A DNA stretch of 64,000 nt from the human T2T-CHM13v2.0 reference genome, Homo sapiens, in assembly GCF_009914755.1 (NCBI RefSeq), contig NC_060926.1. One strand, 5' to 3'. How positions within the stretch are numbered: the stretch's first letter is position 1; each line of letters opens with the position of its first letter. Both the position numbers and the translations under genes were made by a program. The notes below the pieces were generated by a model. It saw nothing but the letters and a program-made list of their open reading frames with translations. It did no database searches and was not told where the DNA came from. Below are positions 40,897 through 50,961 of this stretch, one piece after another.

Positions 40897-40989
40897 AAAC
40901 TAGTAGCAATGAATAAATCACATTATGTAAGGGTCAAGTCTTCCTACCTTTGACCCTTACATAATGTGATTTACTATTACTACTAGTTT
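40897..40989. repeat. Long inverted repeat: perfect 24-bp stem, 12-nt spacer, outer 10-bp stem
   Basis: 40914-40937 is the exact reverse complement of 40950-40973; 40897-40906 pairs with 40980-40989. Confidence 0.97.
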
Positions 40990-41762
40990 ATAACTTCACT
41001 AGTGGTGAGATTTTATCTCTGAACCCATACCCTTCCACTCTGTCTCCTCACTGCTTTTATCCTGATCTTTAAATCCAGATGCTGACTTGGTAATTTGAAT
41101 TTGACCTCAATTTCTGGTTATTCTCTTTGCTGCTAGTGGGGTTCAACTTTAACTGAAACTGGCCCTGTACTCTGTGGTATACTGATCTCCTTACCCTACA
41201 AGCCAAGTATTTTATCTAGACTAATCCCCCCAAAAAGCTCATTAGAATGAGATTTTTGCCTTGAAAAGAATCTCTTATGAACAATAAAATAGCACAAAGA
41301 TTGATTTGTTCAATATTTTATATTAGAATGAGCTGCCAAGGAGCCCAGTGCTGCCTTTGGTTTTCTCATTTTCATTAATCTTAAAAGAGATACATCTTAT
41401 TAATTAAATCTGCTCTTCTAAATTGGATGGCATTATAAACTGGAGAGAAATGACCCAAAGAAGGAAATTGAAAATGGGTGGTGGTGATTAACAATAAACA
41501 CAAGATTCATCTCAGAAGAGGATAAACAACCTCCTAAAAGAAAGTTTTTCTGTTTTTACTACGCTTCAAACAGAAATAATAGAAGCAAAGAAGACCCAGA
41601 AACTGACACTAGTGAATCCACAACTTGTGTAGACAGATAAGGAAATTTGCAAACTACAATCTGGGGGGAAAAAGAAAGGCTAAGCTGACCCATCAAAATC
41701 CATTAAACAATGCTTGAACCTTTACTCTTCAAATACTGATACTTAGAAAATTGGGCAGTTTA

Positions 41763-42016
41763 CTTTCGGAGGCCGAGGCAGGCGGATCACGAGGTCAGGA
41801 GATCGAGACCATCCTGGCTAAGACGGTGAAAAGCCGTCTCTACTAAAAATACAAAAAAAAGAAAATTAGCCGGGTGTGGTGGTACGCGCCTGTAGCCCAG
41901 CAACTCAGCAGGAGAATGGCTTGAACCCGGGAGGCGGCGCTAGCAGTGAGCAGAGATCCTGCTACTGCACTCCAGCCTGGGCCGCAGAGCAAGACTCCGC
42001 CTCAAAAAAAAAAGAA
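41763..42016 (+). mobile_element. 5'-truncated AluY-type element
   Basis: GATCACGAGGTCAGGAGATCGAGACCATCCTGGCTAA; many CpGs; TSD AGAAAATTGGGCAGTTTA at 41745-41762 and 42017-42034, TT/AGAA site. Confidence 0.93.
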
Positions 42017-42089
42017 AGAAAATTGGGCAGTTTATGTATAAGCAATTCAGGCAGTTGTATTAGATACATGTTTTTTGCTCATGATCATT

Positions 42090-42310
42090 AGTCTGGGCTC
42101 CAGGAAATAGTATGTCACTTTTTCAGTTACTATGGGTGTGACTTTGAGCAAAGTATTCAAATCTTCTGAACTGCAAATGCCTTATGGGTACAAAGAGGAT
42201 AATAATCATTTCCATTTCACTGGGTTGTTTGAGAATTAGAAGATAAAATGCACATGAAAAACTTGACAAAGTGTCTACTATTTACTAAGTATTTGATACA
42301 TGTTAACAAT
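42090..42310 (+). mobile_element. MIR
   Basis: TGTGACTTTGAGCAAAGTATTCAAATCTTCTGAAC...GGATAATAAT...GGGTTGTTTGAGAATTA. Confidence 0.7.
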
Positions 42311-42660
42311 TTTTAACGTATGATTTCAAAAATGATAACTTAACTGTAGGAGCAAGAAAAGGTCGATGCCCAGGCCAGGTCTAAAACTGTCAACTTAGCT
42401 AGTAGGAAGGAGTAATGAAGCCATGTCACAGACAAAGAAGACTATAGGAATAAGTCAGGAAAAATGTCCTCTAGAAGCTCATTGTACAGAGAAAAGTACA
42501 GGTAAATATAAGGTGATGCTTTGATTCCAATAACAGAGACACACATTAGGTGCAGTGAAACTCCAAGGGAAAAAAGTCACTAAATCTGTATTGAGGCATT
42601 TAAAAAGGCTTCACAGAAGAAAAAGTATTTGAGTTGGTGCTTCAAAGATGAGGGGGAATT

Positions 42661-42870
42661 TTGAGAGCTTCTCTGGAGGTTCTAGCAGGGGAATGCAGCT
42701 GCTCATCTGTTGGGGAATGTCACCCTCCTCGACCAAACGCACAGCTTCCGGAGGGATACATATGGAGCAGTGAGGGAGGAAGTGGACACCCGCCTCTCCA
42801 GCCAGACCAGCTGAGTCAACCCTGGTTATCATGGGGTGACAGATGTCACAGCCAGATAACCCTCACATCC
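42661..42870 (-). pseudogene. RN7SKP: 7SK snRNA retropseudogene, 3'-truncated, tailless, ~28-nt internal deletion
   Basis: Minus strand reads GGATGTGAGGGTTATCTGGCTGTGACATCTGTCACCCCA...CCCCTGCTAGAACCTCCAGAGAAGCTCTCAA, i.e. 7SK nt 1 to ~240; 14-bp TSD TGAGRGRGAATTTT. Copy number suffix unknown. Confidence 0.96.
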
Positions 42871-42973
42871 TGAGAGAGAATTTTTCAAGTAGAGATTGGT
42901 ACAGGAGTATCCTAAAGACTGAAACAAATGCTCGTGAGGAGGAAGTGTCCAAAAAGCACAGAGTGAGTAGTGT

Positions 42974-43560
42974 TGTAACCAAAAGCAGGTTCAGTCACTT
43001 GCCACTTGCAGAATCCAATTAACAAGAGCGAGGTCTGGAATAAAGAAAGTGACTTTTATTCTAAAGCTAGCTTAGGGGAAGAAGTACAGGCTTTCTGCCT
43101 AAAGGGTACCATTTTGCTTTTGGAGCAGAAAGTGGGCACTTTCATAAAGTTGGGGGGGAAGTCATCAGGTGGTGTGGGGATCCGTGTGCTAGCTTGGTGC
43201 CTTATCTACCAGGCAGTCGAGTTGGCATCCTCAAGGGCAGAAATAGGTCGTACAGGTGGCCAAAAACTCTCTAGATGGAGGAGAGTTTCATAGCAGGATG
43301 CTGGGTTGTAAATTGACTGTCATCTTTGGAGGCAATGTTCTGGTGGGTGAAAGTTCTGCCCTAGAGCTTCTAAACACATAGTTAGATGAATTTGTCCTGT
43401 AGGGAGTATCTGGTGAAGGGGAGGTGGAAGGCTATAATGGCATTTCTAAAGGGCTAAGTAGGAAGTGGGGAACAGAGGAAAATGGAGAAAAGAGAAAAGA
43501 AAATAATTTTAGAAGTAACTCATTCTCTTTTTCTTTAAAAAATAGAGGTACTTGGTTACA
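42974..43560 (-). mobile_element. ERV1-class solo LTR, family uncertain
   Basis: Terminal inverted repeats TGTAACCAA...TTGGTTACA; flanks GTGT/GTTT; TTTATT near 43055. Confidence 0.8.
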
Positions 43561-44344
43561 GTTTGATATATTTGAAGTAGACTGAGGTAAAGCAAGGAGT
43601 GGAAGAGATGTGGAACTACAATAATTCAGCTGAGAAAAAGACGAGTTCAGTTTGTGAATACCTTGAATGGCATGTTGGGGGTGTATACATTACCCTGAAG
43701 ACAATGGTGAATTGAAGGATATTAAGCTGGGGAAAGACAAGTCTTCAGGTTATGACCATGAAACAGGACAGCAAGAAACCCGTGGCAGTATAGGCGAAAT
43801 GGGTGTTTATTCTGGTCAAGAAAATCCCCAAATGAAGAACACTTCCAGAAGAGATAGTTAAATGTTCAGTTAAGGGGCATACACAGTTCACAGAGCCATG
43901 CTCTGAGGAGATGGGAAGGGAAGTACCAGCTATAGATCCTGGAGTGTATGATGTTGGATGGAAACTCAAGAAACTATCCAAATAAGAAACCTCCTGTTAC
44001 AGCAAATAGCTTATTCCCTGATCCACTGGTCAGGAGGAGTTCGTATGGAATTTTTCAAGGGCTCACAAAGCCAGGTCCTCTACGAGTTAGGAGGAAAGAG
44101 AGAAGGTATATCTGAAGCACTCTTGGGAGGTAAAAGGAGATGTTGAAAAGTGACTGAGAAGAAAAAAAACAGAGCCAGTGAGAAGTCCTGCCTTCCTTAC
44201 CCTAAGGACAAGCTCTCCTCTTGAAAATGTCTGGGCAGTATATATGGGAGAAGGAGAAACACATACATAAAGGACCAAGTCTGGGGAATAACGTTTCCAG
44301 GACAAGGCAGGAAAACAAACACTGTCTTTACAGACATAAAACCT

Positions 44345-44685
44345 GAGATTGAACTCCAAATCCATTTGCAACTGTGTGATCTTGGATATATTACTGAAAT
44401 TTTCATAGTTTCAGTTTCCTTATCTGTAACATGGTGATTATTGTAGTTACGCTGCAAGAGAATTGTAAAGGAGAAACAGATAATATATGTTAAACATGTA
44501 ACTGATAAGAGTCACATGACCTGAACTCTGTTAGTTTCTCTGGGACCCTGAGCAAGTCACTTCACCCTCCAGTGCCTCAGTTTATCCATCTATAAAAATG
44601 GGATGATGGCTGCCCTAGTATCACTCAGGACTATTCAGGGCACATTTTAAAAATGTTATTGAAAATTATAAAGCACAATATAAAA
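44345..44685 (+). mobile_element. Two MIR cores
   Basis: TGTGTGATCTTGG...TCAGTTTCCTTATCTGTAA and GACCCTGAGCAAGTCACTT...CCTCAGTTTATCCATCTATAAAA. Confidence 0.75.
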
Positions 44686-45599
44686 TCTGCTGGAATTATT
44701 GGTATTAGAAATGGTACAATTTATGTTGAATTTTAAGCTGTCAGCTTATGAAAGACTTGTTTTCAGCACTGAGTTCACTAATGCCTGACTCCCTCTAAAA
44801 ATAACAAGCAATTTCAGTAAATTGTAAAAGGGGAACATTTGCATGGCTTCCTGTCAGTAAAGACCATTTATGTGCTTGAAAGGAATACCATTTAGATATG
44901 ACATAAACCCTGCAATTGCTTACAACTAACCTTGCTCAGCAAAGAAAAAATTATCATAGAAATTTACCATGTCAACAGCATCTCCCTGGGACATGAAAGA
45001 CCTTTATTCCAAAAGGTGAACTGAAAGAGTTTGTAAGTGTCACTGCAATTTTTAAACACTTTTTTTTTCAAATGCAGGTTATCACCACCCTCTAATTTAC
45101 AACAAATGCTCTCTACATGGTGACTTCTCAAACTATAGCTCCAGCCCAGATAGCTCTGTTGAGATTAAGCTCCATTCATTCAACAGCCAGTTGGATATTC
45201 TGCACTCAACATATCCATTACTAAACTTATCAGCCTCTACACCAAAACTGCGCTTCTTCCTTTCTTCCCATGATTGTGGCTGGTTTCTTTTGCATAAGCT
45301 AAAATCTGCCCAATGAATGGAGTCAAGGATAGGTGCCATCCAGGCAACTCACTGCTATTTAAAGATAAAATTTCCATCTTCCATACCTCTTGTTTTCCTG
45401 GCTGTGCCTTCTTCCAGCTATACCTAAAGCAGCCTTACTCCACCATTTCCACATTCCAGTAAGTACTAGGAAAAGAAAGAGTACAGAAGTGGGAGTGAAG
45501 CCAGCAATATTTTTGCTTCATGTTAGGTCTAAGAATTAAGGTTTGACATGTCTAGTGACATTGAGTTTGACTGTTTTCCTGACCTTGACAAAAGAAACC

Positions 45600-46400
45600 T
45601 AAATTGGAAATCAAGCCCCGTATCACCACTTACTAGCTTTTCATCTAGAGAAAGTCATTTGCTGTATCTGACCTCAGTTTTTTCATTTATGATTTAAATG
45701 TAATAATAACTACTCTCCTTTCTCACACGGTTGTGGTGAGGCTAAAGAGGAGATACTTAAATGTAAAGCAGCCATGTGTATTGCAAAGTTTTAGGTAGTA
45801 CAAATGCCATCATTTTTCCTCCCAAACTCTGCAATTGTGCTTGCATCTCCATCTCCTCCTCCTTTCCTTCTGTTCAGGTGAAGCATGAAGGCTCCTCCCA
45901 CCACAGTCCAAGCCATCTACTGTGCCTTGCTCCACCCCATTTCTTCCTCCTCACTCAAGAATTTTGTTCCATTTAGATCTCTTTTCTCTTTCCTGAAAGA
46001 GAGAGATCCTTAATCTCATCTGTTCTCCTAGCTCATCTTCATCAACATACAAACACGTTGCAGTATCTTCCATTGAAAATAAATCTTTCTTTACCCCTCA
46101 CGTACATCTCCAGTCATTGACTGTCTCTCTCTTCCCCTCTATGTGTGTTTATCAAATGCATCGCTCACAATCATTGTCTCCCCTTCCTTATCACCATTCT
46201 GTCTTCAACTCATTTTAATCTCATCCTTTCCCTCCTTCTGTAGTCAGCAGAAATTGTTGTTCTTAAAGTCACCATTGACCTCATTGCTGTAATTTAATCC
46301 TATTCAATCTCCCACCCAGCATTCCCTATGATTTGGCCACTCTTCTCTCCTGAAATCTCCTCCTCTCTGAGTTCCCCCACCTCACTATCCTGGTTTAACC
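45600..46400 (+). mobile_element. MIR (~45600-45780) followed by an L2 remnant
   Basis: CCACTTACTAGCT...CCTCAGTTTTTTCATTTAT; L2-like AAAGTCACCATTGACCTC. Confidence 0.6.
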
Positions 46401-47502
46401 CTCAAATTAAGATTCTGAGCTTACTTAGTTACAACCTATGTCCATGCATATGTATATCCTCAGCTTCTAACATAGCTATCAGCACCATGCTCAGGAAGTG
46501 TTTTTATTTCTTTGCCTTGCTTGCTTGTTTTTAAAGAAACTATCTGGTCCCCAGTTGTGTCTGTTAGTTTGTTTTGCTTTTAAGAAGGGTATTACATTTG
46601 GATAGAGAATATATTATATTCCAAATAAATTCTAGTTTCTTTCATTCTTTTTTCCCATCCAGTAGCAATTTTTATGACTATATATAAACATATGTGAAAT
46701 AAAATGGTAGATATTTGTCTCATGCTATCTGTGATGTTTACATTTTTATTTTTTAAATCAATTTTATACTGGCCTCAAAATGAGCTGGGTTGCTCTGCTT
46801 CTTATCTTGGTTGTCCCAGATACAGATGTCCTATTCATTTATGTAATGCGACGTTTACATTTGTAGAGGTCTCACACGATTATCCATAAACTCTGCCATG
46901 TCTGCTAGACTGTCCTGAGTTTGCAGTTTTAAAATTTCATTCTTTTTATTTATCAGTATCAGTGAAGGCAGGTTTTATGCTTCTATGTATTTTAGTATTA
47001 CTGAGGTAAATTTAATATATAGTATGTTTTCAATAAAAAGTAGATTAATGTATATTAAAGTATAATATGAATACATTTAAATGCACCCTTTTTAGTGTGC
47101 AGTACTGAGTTTTGACACTCTTTTAGGTAGTATCAGTATTATATTTTGATAACACTGATTATATTTTGTTATATAGTTGTGTAACCACTACTACAATCAA
47201 AATATAATACAGTTTGAACACCCCAAAGAACTTCTCTGTGCCCAGTGTAGTCAAGTTTTTCCCAGTCCCCTGCTCCGAACAACCACTGATCTGTTTTCTG
47301 TATCTACAGTTTTGCCTTTTCTAGACTGTCAAATAAATGGAATAGTATAAAATGCAGCCTTTTGAACCTGGCTTCCTTTACTTAACAGAATGTTTTCAGG
47401 TTTATTCATGTTGTGTGTATCTGTAATGCATTTCTTTTTATTCCTGAGTAGTGTTCCACTGTATGGATTTATTACGTATTATTTATTCATTTATTCACCA
47501 GT

Positions 47503-48037
47503 TGTGACAGGCACTCTCATCAGCTCCCAAAAATGTCCATGTTCTAATCCCTGAAACCTGTGAATGTATTACCTTACATGGCAAAAGGGACTTTGCAGAT
47601 GTGATAAAGGTTATAGACCTTAAGATGGGAAGGTAATCCTGGATTATCCTGGTGGGCTGAATATAGTCACCTAAGTTGGGGGATGATAGCATCAGAAGTC
47701 ACTGGTGCCCTGTTGCTGGTTCTGTTGTAAGGAACCACATGTGAGAATCAGAAAGAGGCCTGTAGGACCTAAAGCTGGCACTGAGCTGACAGCTAGCAAG
47801 GAAAGAGACCTCAGTTTTCCATCCCCATGAAACCAGATTTTGCCAACACCTGAGCAAGAAGAAACACATTTTCCCTTAGAGCCTCCAGAAAGGAATGCAG
47901 GCAGGCTGACAGCTCGATTTTACCTAGTGAGTCCCCTACTAGACACCTATCTACTAGATATTCAAAATAATATCTGCGCAGTTTTAAGCCAGTAAGATTG
48001 TGAACATTTCTTACATCAGTAACAGAGAACTAACATA
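47503..48037 (+). mobile_element. MLT1D/E-like solo LTR
   Basis: ACCTTACATGGCAAAAGGGACTTTGCAGATGTGAT; perfect TSD CCAGT. Confidence 0.88.
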
Positions 48038-48494
48038 CCAGTTGAAGGACATCTGGGCTGTTTACAGTTGTTGGTAATTGTGAAAAAAGTCACTGTAAAA
48101 TGTAGAGTATAGGTTTTTGTATGAATCTGAGCTTTCATTTCCCATGAGTGGAATTGCTAGGCTGTATGACACGTACATTTACTTTATTAGAAATTGCACC
48201 ACTGTTCGCCAAAATGAGTGACTTCATCATTTTGCATTTTTATAATTAATGTATTCGAGTTCCAGTTGTTCTGAATCCTCACCAGCATTTGATATTGGCA
48301 GAGAATCTTTCATCTGTTTGTTTGTTTGTCCAAATCGGATGAATATGTAGTGGCATCTCACTGTGGTTTTATTTGCATTTCCATAATAATTAATGATTTT
48401 GACTTGGAGAAGTGTCTGTTCGCATTTTTTTTTTTGCCAAATTTCAATTGGGTTATTTTCTCATTATTGAATTTTGTATATTCATATATTCTGG

Positions 48495-49074
48495 CATATT
48501 TATTTCCTAGTGCTGTGTATATTGCCACTAACTTGGCGGCTTAAAATAACACTCATTTATTATCACGTGATGTGTATGTCAGATGTCCAGCCATGGCATA
48601 ACTGGGTTCTCTGCACACGGTTTTAGAAGACGAATTCAAGGTGTCAGCTGGTTGCATTTTTATCTGGTCTCATCTGGATCTCAGGGTCCTTTTCTAAGCT
48701 CATTCAAGTAGTTAGCAGAATTCAGTTTCTTGCTCCTGTAGGCAGGACTGAGGTCACTGATTTCTTGCTGGCTGTCAGCCAGGGGCTGTTCTCTGTTTCT
48801 AGAGACCACCCTGAGGCCTAGTCAAGTGGCCCTCTCACACCATGGCTGCTTATTTCTTTAAAGCTAGAAGGAGAATCTTGCCAATCTCTATGATAGATAC
48901 TTAGCAATGAAGTGACTATCGATCACATTTCTCATAGAATGTCATCTAATCAAGGGAATAACTATCCCATCATGCTAGAATGTTCTGCCAACACTCAAGG
49001 AAAAAGGATTATAAAGGGTTTATAAAATAGAGTGTGAAAACCTTGGGCACCATCCTAGCATTCTGCTTACCACA
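48495..49074 (-). mobile_element. MLT1E/F-like solo LTR
   Basis: GGCTTAAAATAACAC...GCAGAATTCAGTTTCTTG...TTCTGCTTACCACA; perfect TSD TCTGG. Confidence 0.85.
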
Positions 49075-49758
49075 TCTGGATACAAGTCCATGGTCAGACA
49101 TGTGTTTCAGAAACGTTTTCTTACAGTCTTTTACTTTTCTTTCTTGTCAAAGGGGGTAAAAAAAAAAAAAAAAAAAAAACCTTCTGAAGAATGTAAATTT
49201 AATTTTGGAAAAATCCAGTTTTTCCCTTTTTTTTTCTTTTATGTATTGTTTTTTAAAAATATTTTTTGCCGTACCTAAGAAATCTTTGCCCAATCCAAGG
49301 GCACAAAGAGTTTCTCCTGTTTTTTTCTCCTGGAAGCTTTATACTTTTAGGTATTACATTTGAACACTTATCTATTTTGAATTAACTTTTGCATATAATG
49401 CATAAGTATGGGTCAAAGTCTTTTTTGCATATGGATATACAATCGTTCTAGCACCATTTGTCAAAAACACCATCCTTTCTCCATTGAGTTGCCCTTGTAC
49501 CTTTGTCAAATATCACTTTTTAATATATGTACGAGTCTATTTTTGGAAAATTCCTAAATAGTTTATATTTTTAAAAACACAATTTTAAATATTCTACAGG
49601 TTAAAAGGAAATAGCAGGAAAATTATAAAATATTTAGAATTGAATAAAAATAAAGACAAGAGTTCCATGATTCAGCTAAAGCAGGGAAAATGTAGATCAC
49701 TGATTTTATAGTAGAAAAGAAGATTTCAAGACGTTTCTTAAGAAATGGAAAAATACAA

Positions 49759-50961
49759 AAATGTTCTCCCATTCTGTAGGTTGCCTGTTCACTCTGAGGG
49801 TAGTTTCTTTTGCTGTGCAGAAACTCTTTAGTTTAATTAGATCCCATTTGTCAATTTTGGCTTTTGTTGCCATTGCTTTTGGTGTTTTAGACATGACGTC
49901 CTTGCCCATGCCTATGTCCTGAATGGTATTGCCTAGGTTTTCTTCTAGGGTTTTTATGGTTTTAGGTCTAATTTTTGCAATCTACTCATCTGACAAAGGG
50001 CTAATATCCAGAATCTACAATGAACTCAAACAAATTTACAAGAAAAAAACAAACAATCCCATCAACAAGTGGGCGAAGGATATGAACAGACACTACTCAA
50101 AAGAAGACATTTATGCAGCCAAAAGACACATGAAAAAATGCTCATCATCACTGGTCATCAGAGAAATGCAAATCAAAACCACAATGAGACACCATCTCAC
50201 ACCAGTTGGAATGGTGATCATTAACAAGTCAGGAAACAACAGGTGCTGGAGAGGATGTGGAGAAATAGGAACACTTTTACACTGTTGGTGGGACTGTAAA
50301 CTAGTTCAACCATTGTGGAAGTCAGTGTGGCGATTCCTCAGGGATCTAGAACTAGAAATACCACTTGACTCAGCCATCCCACTACTGGGTATATACCCAA
50401 AGGATTATAAATCACGCTGTTATAAAGGAACATACACATGTATGTTTACTGCGGCACTATTCACAATAGCAAAGACTTGGACCCAACCCACATGTCCAAC
50501 AATGATAGACTGGATTAAGAAAATGTGGCACATATATACCATGGAATACTATGCAGCCATAAAAAAGGATGAGTTCATGTCCTTTGTAGGGACATGGATG
50601 AAGCTGGAAACCATCATTCTCAGCAAACTATCACAAGGACAAAAAACCAAACACCGCATGTTCTCACTCACAGGTGGGAATTGAACAAAGAGAACCCACC
50701 TATGAGTGGGAATTGAACAATGAGAACACATGGACACAGGAAGGGGAACATCACAGGATGGGGGAATGGGGGAGGGATAGTATTAGGAGATATACCTAAT
50801 GTTAAATGACGAGTTAATGGGTGCAGCACACCAACATGGCACGTGTATACATATGTAACAAACCTGCAGGTTGTGCACATGTACCCTAAAACTTAACGTA
50901 TAATAATAAAAAAATAAAATAATACAAAAGAAGATCATTTCTCAAACTGCCAAAAAAAAAA
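49759..50961 (+). mobile_element. 5'-truncated, 5'-inverted (twin-primed) L1PA, about L1PA3-5
   Basis: 49759-49970 antisense ORF2 ([33 protein letters not shown]); 49971-50684 sense ORF2 C-terminus to the GGN stop; 3' UTR; 19-bp TSD AAGAAATGGAAAAATACAA. Confidence 0.97.

Noticed and set aside
45977-46008. Imperfect CT/GA hairpin
   Set aside because: Low complexity, inside L2, 2-nt loop and a bulge.
49923-50684. 253-aa ORF as a host gene
   Set aside because: It is the L1 ORF2 C-terminus fused to antisense L1 by the inversion; no promoter or exon context.
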